Positions 1 to 12,092 of a stretch of 64,000 nt of DNA are shown in pieces; the stretch's first letter is position 1, and the number at the start of each line of letters is the position of its first letter. The notes below the pieces were generated by a model. That model was not told where the DNA came from, did not search any database, and saw only the letters and a program-made list of their open reading frames with translations. Source of the DNA: Octopus bimaculoides (taxonomy: Eukaryota); contig NC_068985.1 of assembly GCF_001194135.2 (NCBI RefSeq), positions 126,980,446 to 127,044,445 on the forward strand. Direction: 5' to 3'. The position numbers and the translations under genes are program-made.

Positions 1-3000
1 CACGATGTACCGCCTGGTCAAGGAATTGAACCTCTCATCTTTTGTAAGGCCACTTGTTAATGGAAAGTTTTCTTTTCCTGTTGGTTAAATTTTTAAAAAA
101 TTTTTCTTTAGGCTACAGCTATTAGTTCCAGAAAAACATGTTATTGTTTACTGTACATTTGAGCAAGAACGAAATTTTGATCTATACATTACTTTCTAAT
201 TTTTTAAACTATTTGCAGGAGTCATGGAAATTAATTTTAGTTTATATCTTTTTCATCTGGAGATGTTCAGAGACTGAAGTTAAGGTGCTGGAATATTAAG
301 TCTTCCTTTTATTTAAAAGTGTTTTTTTTTTCTTATCCCTATTAACAAGATAGATTTTTTTCTGTTTTGATTCTGCTCCTTTAGGGTTTAGAAAACTACG
401 GCTAATTTTTCTTTGGTGAATTCATACATATACAGTGTTTGTTTTCTATTCCAAAATATAAGTGCTAGATACTTCAGTTTATGTATCTGTGTGGCTGTGT
501 ACACACATGTATACACTTATCGTAGGAATAAGAATATCTCTCTCTCTCTTTTTTTTTTTTTTTTTGAGAGTTGCATATAGTTCATGTTCTGATTTGGTGA
601 CTGATCTTATATTGAAATCACTAAAAAAGCAATTTCCCCTTCTCCCATGACCAGACCCCAAACCCTTCCCCTCACATATATTGAGCAACAATTTATAACT
701 TTGAGGCCTGTAACACTTGTAAATCTGCAAGTTAAACATTTACATTGAGAAAAACTGATCATAGATTCTTATTCAAATATTTGTTTGTTGGGTTGAATAT
801 GGAATTTTATAGTTATTTTATTTATTCTACATTATGGTATTCTAACAGATAAATTTTTGAAGAACTTAAGTTAAATCTGTATTGTCAACATCTGCTGGAA
901 TTTNNNNNNNNNNNNNNNNNNNNNNNNNNNNNNNNNNNNNNNNNNGGGCAAAGATAAATTTCTGCTCTGACAAGGAAGGACAAATGTTAGTTTGTTTTTT
1001 ATGGTACTCTTTTGTATTTTAGTACCTGCTCACGTTAAAAAAGAAAAGGTTGATGTAGGGTTGGCATTTGTGATTGAAATATCAGTTCCGGTTCTCTGTT
1101 ATTGATCTTAAGATTTCTACAATTAGAATTCATATTACTTGTATGATTTTTTTTTTCAAGTTCTTTGTTTCTGTTTCTTGTTTGTTAATATTGTAGCAGC
1201 TCTCATTACAAATTCCAAGGTTTAAATAATTTTCTTGATAAGAATTATTACGTGATTGTAAGATTGTCTTTCACTCAAGATACTTCCCTATTCGAAAAAT
1301 GCTTAAGTTAAAGTCTTGCCACTGAAATAATTGTTTTAATGAACTGCCTGTTCCAGGGTTGCATTGGTAAGTTGTCTAGAGTCTACAGACCAACTTGAAT
1401 AAATTCTAATTGTAACCACTTCAATTTTGTTAATAGTGCTCTTTTTGAAATGTTTAAACATAACATTCTCGTGATTTTCCCCTTACCTATAAATTCAAGA
1501 CCTAATTAACAAATCCTGATAATTATTTGAAGTTGAGTACATTGTGAGCATGTTAGAATCCATAGTGTTCAACATATATTTTCATTCTTCTTGTTTATCA
1601 TTAGTTCTCATAAGTCATTTATCCAGAGTGAATCTGCCAACATGTCTTCATATTCTCAGCTGGTTAATATGGTAACTGAGTATCTGAAATGGTTTTCAAT
1701 TTAATCCGTTCACCATTAGTAATGTTAAAGTGAGTTGGTTATTATAGTTGATAACTACTTTTACACTATCACTGACTGGCATTGCTCATGATTTTGGTAG
1801 TCTGAAAAGCTACAAAAACTGAAGCTAACTTTACAATAAATTGTTAATCTGTATTTTTATAAAAATAATTGCTTTAACATACTTAACAATTACAATAGTT
1901 GAATAACTTGGATCAGTAACATGATCATCTGCACTGAATCTTTTCCTCGTTAATAAATCTAAGCCGCATCTAATTTACCGAATATCTTCAACATTTTCTT
2001 TTTACTGTTACTGTGATAAATTCTGCTCTTTCAAATTTACCAGCTTGTACACATTATATGCATTCATTTCAATCAACCCTTACTAATATTTGAACCAAGT
2101 ATAACCAAATAGTCCTTAACAAAGGCTGAGAACTCTGCTTTATTGGAGAACTAAGCTCTTGCCATTAGTCTTCAATTAATATTCCATTGTCTTAAATTGC
2201 TTAGTCCACAGCTGTGGGAATAAGTGCCAACATTTCTGAAAATGTTACCTTTTGTTTAATTAAGGAGATTAATCCAAACTGCACAACTAAACTCTGGCTT
2301 AATGGGTACCTATAACTCTTGGAGATATTCATTTTTTTATAATTGGAAGGCAGAGGTTGAGTGGAGGTAATAACATCACAGAGTCAATTAAAATTTGCAA
2401 TTATTACATTGGTAACAATTGGAAATATCAAAAGTAAAATCTTGTAAGTTTAAAAAAATGGGATTATTCTTGACTTGTCTGTGGTATTGTATCCTATAAG
2501 AGTCATACACATTAATATATCTCAAATATTTCTAGCAGGTTATAAATGATTTGTTACTTAGTGAGTTATTAGAAGAAAAAATCTCATTCATAGAATATAA
2601 GATTACAAGTTACAGTATTATTTAGTCTTTAATGTTTCCCTCTCTACTTTTTTTGCTCTTTATATAGTAATCTGCTTGTGTGAATTTGTAGGGCCAATGA
2701 CGGTCAATATTAACCAAGCATCTGCACATATATGTGCAGGCCTGGACAAAATTTATTGAAGAGGATTAGCAGTTGTCCATGCATGCAAATCTCCCCTTTT
2801 CACACCACTGACGTTTTTCCTGGGGAAAGGTTACTGACCTGGGCTAGTACAGATAGGGACCAGTGTTGATGCAAGCATTGCTGTCAGAACACTGAGTTAG
2901 AACACATACTACAAGGCACTTTGCCAACTTTCTAACAGTTCTACCAACCCACCACCTTGATTTGCTACATTTTTATTGCCCCTAGAAAAAAGAAAGTCAA

Positions 3001-4066
3001 AGTTAACCATTACAGGATTTGAACTCTGATGCAGACAGTCACCACAAAATGTTCCTATTGCCTCTATTAGCATAATTTGCCACCCTGAGTTTGTATTCAA
3101 GTTTTTTTGCCCTACAGAAATTGTCATTGTCTCATATAAGAGCCTAGTGTTAAAATGGTTTCAAACATTAGACCAAAATTAACGTAATGATTAGATAAGA
3201 TATAATTGGATGTTTCTTTCTCTAGAAACATTATCAATGGAAAGGTTTTTTGTTTTTTTTGCAGGGGTGGGGGTTGTAACATTGTTCCAAATCCATAAAT
3301 TTGTAGGAATTTGTTGAACCCAGCATCCCTCATGTTATGGAAACACTGTGATCCTGAAAATCAAGTCTTACATGGAAGTCAGTGACAGAAAGAATTTGCA
3401 TTACAAAATTATGGCAAGATTTTCAGGAATGCAAGGATTCCATAATGCCAGAGATTTATGTACCTGTTTTAAGGACCCTAAATGAATGAAAGGCCATAAG
3501 TACCTCAGTAGCACTTAAACTCAGAGCACAGAATGGAGTTAAGTTTACTTTAATATTCTACATTTTCTAACATGCCAGATGGCAGTTTATTGATTACATA
3601 AAACCCTCTCCATGGTTGCTCAGTCTGCTAGAAATAGCACCCAAATACCCTCAAATTGTACTCTTACTGCCTTATAAAAAGACACTCTTGTCTTAGATGG
3701 GATTGTCACGGCAAGAATTCCTTCAATCAAAAGTCTGCTCATTCAGAGCTGATATGAAATGAAACAACTCACCGCAAAAGAAGTTTGGCTATATATTATG
3801 TGCTGTGATTTTGGTAATGATTTCCAGCCACAAATTAATCTCAATAATTGTCTGACATTTTTTTTATCAATGACAGATAAGGTTGACCTGAATGGGATTT
3901 GAACCCAGAATCTGTAAGAATATAAAAGAGATGTAACTAAATATCTCAAGGCTCTCTGAGACTCTTCAGTAATTTATTAAACTAACTGCATCCATTTTTT
4001 ACATGAATCTTTGATTTTCATGGAATTTCCCTTGCATTATATCAAATTTGACTTATGGTTTGTTTT

Positions 4067-4795
4067 CATCATCATCATTTAACGTCTGTTTTCCATGCTG
4101 GCATGGGCTGGGCAGTTTGACATGGAGTTGGCCAGCTAGGGAGCTGTCTAAACTTCAGTTGTCTGTTGTGGTATATTTTCTACAGCTGGATGCCCTTCCT
4201 AACGCCAAACACTTTACAAAGTGTGCTGGGTGCTTTTTATGTGCCACCAGCATGGTTGCATTTATGTAGCACTGGCATGAGTGCATTTCATGTAGCACTG
4301 GCATGAGTGCATTTCATGTAGCACTGGCACCTGTAAAGGACAAGCCTGTATGTATGGATGATGCTAATTTTACTTAGCTTGGTGTGACTTAAGTACAGCA
4401 AATTGCCACAACTCCTGGTCCTTGTCATTTCCTCAGTGAGGTTCAGCATCCAGTTCCTTTCTCAGCACTTTGTCCCACATCTTCCTGGGTCCACTCCTTC
4501 CACAGGTTCCCTCTACAATTAGAGCTCTACACTTCTATAAGCAGCTGTCCTCATGCATACACACCACATGACCAAACCAGCATGGTCTTCTCTCTTGCAC
4601 ACGACATATGATGCCTCTTACACTCTGTCATGCATGCACACTGACATTACCCATCCAGTGGCAGATGCTAGATTCATTTCTTTCAAGCCTTTGCAAGTCC
4701 TCTATAGCCAGAGCCCATGTTTCACTGCTATGTAGCATAGCTGTACACACACAGGCATTATACAGTCTGCCTTTTACTTGTGAGAGAGGCCTACT
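4067..4795 (-). mobile_element. RTE-type LINE 3' fragment (ORF2 C-terminus, 3'UTR and (GAT)n tail)
   Basis: Minus ORF 4628-4822 reads LSQVKGRLYNACVCTAMLHSSETWALAIEDLQRLERNESSICHWM, the typical RTE post-RT segment (LY.A.V...MLYG.ETW). The family tail CATCATCATTTAACGTC..TTTCCATGCTGGCATGGG lies at 4067. Confidence 0.8.
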
Positions 4796-6481
4796 CCAGT
4801 CAAAGTTTTTAAGATTCAGCAATGTCAGAGTTGGGTTGGTAAGAATGTTATATTTAGTTACATCTCTTTTATATTCTTACACATTCTGGGTTCAAATCCC
4901 ATTCAGGTTAACCCACCAACACTGACTTATCATTTCTGACTTTTGGTAGCCCAGAGCTAATTTGATTACATCCTATTTGAATAAACTTAGCTAGTCTACT
5001 GAAATCTCAGATAAAGCTAATAACCATATGACATTTCCCCCCGTAGCATCTGTAGATTAGAGGACATTGGAATAGTCTACAAAATCGAGATGAGTGAAAA
5101 TATTAGTACCTGAGGCATCAGGCAACCACTNNNNNNNNNNTTGATATTACAAAAATACACAGAAAAACTGAAATGTTTTACCATTTTAATGATAATGGTG
5201 GTGGGTTGTAGTAAATTCTTCAAATTAGGTTATTTTTACTGATATCTTTTTTAAGATACTTGTTTTATCATTCTTGGTTTTGATATTATTCTTCACTAAA
5301 CTTTGCATTTCATTAATTCATAAAAATAGATCATACAGTAAAAATTACTTTACACTACTGTACATAAAGGTTATGCTAAACTACCATAGCTCCTCTAGTA
5401 TTAATAACTCATTTCATAATCATTTCTCCAGAACTATCATGCAGTACTTAACCTTAATGGTTAAGGTTTTGAAGAAAGGAAGCTTGATGTTATTTACTAC
5501 TTGTTAATAAGAAAACTAATTGATTATATATTCATTACTTATTTTGTCAAACCTTCTTTGTGTGTGCATATGCACATGAAGTTATTTCTGCTTCTTCACT
5601 TGAGCAGCGTTTTGTTTACATTCTCAGTAAACATTACATTCTGCAGCTCTACAGTTTAGAAGTTTAGTGGAATAAAAGACACACAAAAAAAAAATCCCTT
5701 ACTTGAGAAACCTGTAAGGGTTGGCAACAGGAAGAGCATTGAACCATAAAATATTTCCTCAAATAAGTATCTCTCCAATCTGTGCCAGTATAGAAAAATG
5801 AGCAAAAAATAATTTAGTTGATTTATCCCCTGTTCTTCTTTTCTCCTTCTTGGGTAGTAGCAATATTTCTCTATTTGGACTATGCATGTATGATGTTTTA
5901 CCCATTTAAAAAAAATTTGGGAAAAAATTCTATATGACTTACTACGACCCCTATAAATAATTTCGCCTTCTAATTCAAGCATTATAAAATTTCACTTTGT
6001 ATTAAACAAAGAATCTAAATCTATTAATCCTTCATCTCTTAGAGAAGACCATTAAATACTGCTTTATTTTAGTAACTAAGCAAAACTTGCACATAATAAT
6101 ATGAATGTTCTTTTACTCATTGGATTAACTTACAATGAAATCTCTTGGCTTTAAGTGATGTATGCAAAAAATATTATATTAAGCAAATACCTAAGAGCTG
6201 TATCTGGTCATTTTAAAGCTTAATAACTTGGGTTTTGAAAAGCTGCTATGAGAAGGGCAGTGGGTGTTTAAAGTTTTACAAAGCTGCCATGCAAAATGTG
6301 TAGTCACTCAGTTACATATATCTTTCAATTGAAAGACAAGAGGGCAAACATGTTACTGAGTCGAGAATTTTTTCAAAGTCTGGAGTCCATGGCAAAATAA
6401 ATTTAAGAGGATCTCTGGTAGTAAAAAGGGATTAACAACCACTAGCTTAGTATAACAAATGAAATAGTCAATTATCTAAAT

Positions 6482-6518
<37 letters not shown>

Positions 6519-6548
6519 GTTTACTATCATTAGACCAGCTTTCAATGT

Positions 6549-7620
6549 ATTGAGTCATCCCATAAATAATGTGGTTTTTTAATACTTTTATTTTTCAAAA
6601 GATAAACAAAGTTCCTTTTTAATCTAAAATATACTCTCCTTCATTTTCTACAATGTTCTTCCATCTATCTGGTGGACTTGCAAGGCCCCTCTTCCAAAAT
6701 TTACTTGTCTGTGATAAAAAATACTCCACTACTATTCTGACCTCGTCTCCAGAATTCATATTTCCATCCAAATGATTTTGAAGACTTGCAGAATAAATAA
6801 TCAGATGGGGCAATGTCTGGTGAATATGGTGGTTGGGTCATTGTTTCCCATTCAAACTGCTCCAACCTTTGGAATGTCATCCTCACTCTGTGTAGCCGAG
6901 CTTTAACCTGATGGAAGAACACCTTTTGTCTTGAAACCAAAGATAGTCATTTTTCTTCTACTGTTGACTCAAGCTGCTCACAGTAGATTTCCTTTGTTAT
7001 CGCTTGGTTTTGGTTAAAAAGCTCAAAGTGGACTAAACCTTTCATATCCCACCAAACAGATAACAATACCTTACATGGGTGAAGACCTTCTTTAGCCTGG
7101 GGTGCCCCTGTTTCTCCTTTCCCTACCCATTGTCTTCGGCGCTTGACATTTTAATAGAGAACCCATTTTTTGTCATCAGTTGCTATTCAGTCCAAAAACA
7201 GCTTCATTTGTGAGATATGACAACACAGAAGAGCACACATTCACTCTTTGCACATGATTAGCCTAGGAAAGTTTGTGAAGAATCCATTGACTTTTCCGAT
7301 GGCATGCAGGTGTCGATGAATGGGGATTTTGTTCCACCAGGGTCTTCAGGGCTGTAGTTTCCGGCTCAGAATTTCTGGGACCACTATTGACTCAATTTAC
7401 TGACTTTTCCGATGGCACGCAGGTGTCGATGAATGGTTGAATGACCAAATCTAAGCTTCTCTGCTAGTTCCTCAACAGTTACGATGGGACTTTGTTCCAC
7501 CAGGGTCTTCAAGGCTGTAGTTTCCGGCTCAGAATTTCTGGGACCACCATTGACACTGGCTTACGCTTATTGTCCAATCCCCATATACTGTATAAATAAT
7601 ATTCCTCACACTTTTCGTTG
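6549..7620 (-). mobile_element. Degraded mariner (DD34D) transposase relic with an internal partial duplication
   Basis: Minus frames give EQFEWETMTQPPYSPDIAPSDY (mariner HPPYSPDLAPSDY motif) and RWKNIVENEGEYILD* (mariner C-terminus). Frameshifts and stops are present, and 7286-7398 is partly repeated at 7400-7550. Confidence 0.85.
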
Positions 7621-7641
7621 CATTGTTGCCTTTATTGAACT

Positions 7642-8892
7642 CATCATCATCGTTTAACGTCCGCTTTCCATGCTAGCATGGGTTGGACGATTTGACTGAG
7701 GACTGGTGAAACCGGATGGCAACACCAGGCTCCAATCTAATTTGGCAGTTTCTACAGCTGGATGCCCTTCCTAACGCCAACCACTCAGAGAGTGTAGTGG
7801 GTGCTTTTACGTGTCACCCGCACGAAAACGGCCACACTCGAAATGGTGTCTTTTATGTGCCACCCGCACAAGAGCCAGTCCAGGGGCACTGGCAACAATC
7901 TCGCNNNNNNNNNNNNNNNNNNNNNNNNNNNNNNNNNNNNNNNNNNNNNNNNNNNNNNNNNNNNNNNNNNNNNNNNNNNNNNNNNNNNNNNNNNNNNNNN
8001 NNNNNNNNNNNNNNNNNNNNNNNNNNNNNNNNNNNNNNNNNNNNNNNNNNNNNNNNNNNNNNNNNNNNNNNNNNNNNNNNNNNNNNNNNNNNNNNNNNNN
8101 NNNNNNNNNNNNNNNNNNNNNNNNNNNNNNNNNNNNNNNNNNNNNNNNNNNNNNNNNNNNNNNNNNNNNNNNNNNNNNNNNNNNNNNNNNNNNNNNNNNN
8201 NNNNNNNNNNNNNNNNNNNNNNNNNNNNNNNNNNNNNNNNNNNNNNNNNNNNNNNNNNNNNNNNNNNNNNNNNNNNNNNNNNNNNNNNNNNNNNNNNNNN
8301 NNNNNNNNNNNNNNNNNNNNNNNNNNNNNNNNNNNNNNNNNNNNNNNNNNNNNNNNNNNNNNNNNNNNNNNNNNNNNNNNNNNNNNNNNNNNNNNNNNNN
8401 NNNNNNNNNNNNNNNNNNNNNNNNNNNNNNNNNNNNNNNNNNNNNNNNNNNNNNNNNNNNNNNNNNNNNNNNNNNNNNNNNNNNNNNNNNNNNNNNNNNN
8501 NNNNNNNNNNNNNNNNNNNNNNNNNNNGAATGAGATAGAAGTTGTTTCCTGTTTGTTTACAGTGTTTATTGCACCTGAACATCTGCCCCATACAAAAATT
8601 AACTTCGTAGTTAACCTGCCTTTGATATTGCTGCACCTCTTATGTGTCCATAGCTTGCACCGGGAACATCTTATAGAGTTACTACCTACTCCTTTTCTGC
8701 ATACTGAGCAGGGCCATCTACCTGAAAGGGTTTGTGTTTTATCTACCTTCCTACTTATTAGGATTTTGGTTTTTGCTAGGTTGACTCTAAGGCCCTTCGA
8801 TTCTAGTCCTTGCTTCCACACCTTAAACTTCTCCTCTAGTTCTGATAGTGACTGCGCAATTAGTGCAAGGTCATCAGCATAGAGGACCCATA
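7642..8892 (-). mobile_element. RTE-type LINE: RT core with Cys/His finger, gap, then 3'UTR and tail
   Basis: 8528-8892 reads LYADDLALIA...GLRVNLAKTKIL...WPCSVCRKGVGSNSIRCSRCKLWTHKRC (YADD reverse transcriptase motif). The family tail is at 7642-7904. Continuity across the 7905-8527 gap is assumed. Confidence 0.85.
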
Positions 8893-9423
8893 AAGCAAAA
8901 TATACCGAATATACTCCTTTGTCACTTCCATTATAGCTTTTGAAAAATGTGTTAAAATTGAATTGCACTCTTCAAAATTTGCACTAAGAATAAGGACAAG
9001 GTAAAATTACTATCTGCTTTCATAGCAAGTTGATGCAAGTAGATTATCTTGTTCCCCTCCGACTTGTAGTTCATGGAGTTGAAAAAACTGCATTATTTAT
9101 GGGGTGACCCAGTATTTTCTTGTAGAGAAATACTATATTAAGATATCACATTTTTTTTTCATCAGTAAAGCAATCTCTGTATGTTTTAAATATCTCTTAA
9201 ATTTTTTTTTTAAATGTCTACAAAGCCTACCTTTTAGTACTTAGGGTTTTTAAAACTTTATTACAGGGTATCTACTTTGGTGAATTTTGGCTAAATAGTT
9301 AAAAATTAATATTTCTGTTGCAAATCTAATTAAAGACATCTGTCTTCATCAATGGTCTTTCTTAGTTTTTGGGGGGGGGGGGTTTTCTATAATATATTTG
9401 AGTAAATTTCAAAATGAGAACTT

Positions 9424-12051
9424 ATGCATAACTTTATGTTGAAAAAAAAAAAAGACATGCAAACATTAAAAAATCTTATGTGTACTTTTCAAGCCCAATT
9501 TTTTATTGGCAGTGGAAATTGGGAAATGATTAATGACGAGCGATGTCGAGAAGTGACTCAAGAAGACTATGGTAGTGCCTGGAAACAACATGATGGAGAC
9601 ACAACATCAATTGTACTGCATCCATGGCCTCATGGTAACAACTTTCAAGAACAGCAGCCACATTCCCATCAAGTGCTACAGAAAAATAAACATGCTGGTC
9701 TTGTGAACACTTCCAATTTGTCAATTATTGGTGGTGTTCTTGACAGTACACTATCAGGACACAGCAACCCAGGTATTTCTCATCCTTCGCTTCAACATTA
9801 TCATTCAGAACAAGAAAAGCAACAGAATCAATTTACTGAGAATCATATTCAGGTGCAAGATGGTTCTGTACGTCATTTTGGTGATCAAACTCAAATATAC
9901 AATACCTATAATGTTGATATCAAATCCCAGACTCATATCTCAAATAACCAAACTGATCCCAACCAATCTTCCCAACCATGTCATCTACAGCAATACACTG
10001 ACTTAAATCACACTCAGTCTCAACCAAACAGTTCTTCGTTTGGTACTTCTAAAGTAAAATATTATTACCCTGCAAGCTTTGGTAAAGAAGGTATTTTAGA
10101 GGTTGAAAGGGCTTTGCAACCTGTTCCTCCTGAAGAAGTACTGACTCAAGGCTTCCGCATAAATATAAAGCGATGTGATATGGCTACTTTAGTTGGGGCC
10201 AACTGGCTCAATGATGAAATCATCAACTTTTACATGAATATCATTGTTCAAAGAAGTAAAATAGATGGCTATCCTTCAGTCTACATTCCAAGCACATTCT
10301 TCTTTCCCATGGTAATGAAACGAGGCTATAATGGTGTAAGGCGGTGGACCAAAAATGTAGACATATTTGATCATGATTTAATGCTGATACCAATTCATTT
10401 GGAGAGTGAAAATCATTGGACTCTCATAGCTGTCGATTTCCTTCAGTCTAGTATCTGCTATTATGACAGTTATTTACAAGACAGGGATGATGCTATGGAT
10501 GCAATTCTTAACTATTTGAGAGAAGAAATGAAAGCTAAAAAGAATATTGAAATGGATACCAACTGTTGGGTGAAAGTGAATATGAAGAATATACCACTTC
10601 AAGAAAACATGTCTGATTGTGGTGTCTTCAGTTGTATTTATGCAGAGTACATCAGCCGAGGAGACAAAATGGATTTTACTCAAGAAGATATGCCCTATTT
10701 CCGACGGAAAATGGTTTATGAAATTCTTAATCATAAAATAGTCAATCACAGTCCAAGGGATCTTGAGAATATGATTTCTGATGACCTTTTAGACGATATT
10801 ACTTCCTCAAATGAAAATGGTCATATTCTGACACCAGATATTGCCGCAGCCGTGATCCAAAATGGTCTGCCTGACAATTTCCAGGGTCCTACAAAGGTTA
10901 GTGAGGAGGCTATGGGCTTAGCTGCTGTTTCAAAAGATACAGAAGGGGTCAGAGACATTGAAAAGACCCAGAATGGTTCTACAGGTGGAGAAATGGAAGA
11001 AAAGGCTTCACTTGCGGAAGCAGGTGAAGAAACTAGTAGAAAACATAAAACCAATTTGATCTCTGAAATTAAAAGAATTGTCAGTCTCTTTGATGATGTC
11101 AGTGAGGAAAAGAGAAATCTACTTGAGAGTCAACTCTTTCAGTTGCTCAGAGAAAATCTCAAGAATTCTAACCGGAAAGCCAAGAAAGTTAAAATCAGGC
11201 ATAATGATCTTGCAAGCATCATGTCAGTGATTGAAAAGCATTCAGGGGACAATTCTGAGAGTGATGAATTAAATAGTGTCAGTGATGACAGTGCCAGTAG
11301 TAGTACCGTCAGCAGTAGTTCTAGAACTACCGCAAGTAGCAACGTTTCGAGTGATAAAGGAATGAAAAGCTCTGATGACACCGAAGTGTCAAGCCTTTCT
11401 GATAATTCAGAAGAGTCGGGTTTGTTTAATATTATGAAGGAAATGGAGAAATTGTTTCTTTCATTGGCTGCTTTTGTACGAATTATTTGTAAAACTGACC
11501 AAGAACTGTTGAAAGGCAAAGCGGGAGAAGCGTCCAATCGATCAAATTCTGTGATAAAAGGGATTAGCTACATTACATCTAAACTAGAAAACATAAACCA
11601 AAGGTTGAAGAGTCAATCTATTCTGAAAACTGCTGCACAGCAACACATGACATCTCAGCATGACAGAAAAACCTCCAAAAAATGTATGTCGCAACGTTTA
11701 GTGATCCAGAAAAAATCGAGGAGAAATGAAAGGGACATTATGAAAACCAAACATTGTTTGAGAAATAGCATTACATTTTCGAACGAAGTTGGCAGTGAGG
11801 AGGACATCTCCAATGATGAAACTACTGAAGCAAGACTTTTTACGAGCACAGCAAAAGACCTTGGCATCAGTCTTGAAAGTGGAGCTTATCTGAAAAAGCT
11901 TCACTTACGAAAGAACTTATTGAAAAAATTTCCATTGCCAGCAGATGTATTTGATTTGAATTGCCAGTTGCAGGACAAAGCTCACAAGCAACATGCATTC
12001 AAAAGCATAGTGCGGTCAGATCATTGTAAAAAAGGAAAAAAGAAAAAGTAA
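9424..12051 (+). CDS. Intronless SENP1/2-like sentrin/SUMO-specific protease (peptidase C48) with a long C-terminal extension; probable retrogene
   Basis: 875-codon ORF. About 10135-10743 matches the SENP1 catalytic domain (NWLNDEIINFYM, VRRWTKNVDIF, IPIHL...HW, YYDS, QENMSDCGVF, MPYFRRKMVYEIL). His is at codon 331, Asp at 348, oxyanion Gln at 393 and Cys at 399, with SENP1-like spacing. The true start may be ATG 9526, since an acceptor-like TTTTATTGGCAG ends at 9512. Confidence 0.92.
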   Translation: MHNFMLKKKKDMQTLKNLMCTFQAQFFIGSGNWEMINDERCREVTQEDYGSAWKQHDGDTTSIVLHPWPHGNNFQEQQPHSHQVLQKNKHAGLVNTSNLSIIGGVLDSTLSGHSNPGISHPSLQHYHSEQEKQQNQFTENHIQVQDGSVRHFGDQTQIYNTYNVDIKSQTHISNNQTDPNQSSQPCHLQQYTDLNHTQSQPNSSSFGTSKVKYYYPASFGKEGILEVERALQPVPPEEVLTQGFRINIKRCDMATLVGANWLNDEIINFYMNIIVQRSKIDGYPSVYIPSTFFFPMVMKRGYNGVRRWTKNVDIFDHDLMLIPIHLESENHWTLIAVDFLQSSICYYDSYLQDRDDAMDAILNYLREEMKAKKNIEMDTNCWVKVNMKNIPLQENMSDCGVFSCIYAEYISRGDKMDFTQEDMPYFRRKMVYEILNHKIVNHSPRDLENMISDDLLDDITSSNENGHILTPDIAAAVIQNGLPDNFQGPTKVSEEAMGLAAVSKDTEGVRDIEKTQNGSTGGEMEEKASLAEAGEETSRKHKTNLISEIKRIVSLFDDVSEEKRNLLESQLFQLLRENLKNSNRKAKKVKIRHNDLASIMSVIEKHSGDNSESDELNSVSDDSASSSTVSSSSRTTASSNVSSDKGMKSSDDTEVSSLSDNSEESGLFNIMKEMEKLFLSLAAFVRIICKTDQELLKGKAGEASNRSNSVIKGISYITSKLENINQRLKSQSILKTAAQQHMTSQHDRKTSKKCMSQRLVIQKKSRRNERDIMKTKHCLRNSITFSNEVGSEEDISNDETTEARLFTSTAKDLGISLESGAYLKKLHLRKNLLKKFPLPADVFDLNCQLQDKAHKQHAFKSIVRSDHCKKGKKKK

Positions 12052-12092
12052 ACTCTTACACACTCACAAAAAAAAAAAAAAAAAAAAAAAAA
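12047..12092 (+). other. Variant poly(A) signal AGTAAA overlapping the stop codon, followed by an A25 tract
   Basis: AGTAAA at 12047-12052; the A-run at 12068-12092 starts at a CA dinucleotide 15 nt downstream of the hexamer. Confidence 0.55.

Noticed and set aside
1600-2460. Degenerate coding-like sequence on the minus strand, possibly an old DNA transposase
   Set aside because: There are multiple stops in all frames and no motif I could assign with confidence.
7716-8882. Long ORFs running through N-gaps (also at 12.7-13.1, 24.0-25.4, 50.7-51.2 and 58.5-59.6 kb)
   Set aside because: Their length comes from X codons over assembly gaps (7905-8527, 12817-13099, 24139-24209, 24928-25291, 50921-51161, 58687-59215). 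Only the flanking LINE-derived peptides are real signal.
9424-9525. First ATG of the SENP-like ORF as the true start
   Set aside because: The first 34 codons are AT-rich with an A-run and end in an acceptor-like TTTTATTGGCAG. ATG 9526 or an upstream exon is at least as likely; the feature keeps the ORF coordinates for completeness.
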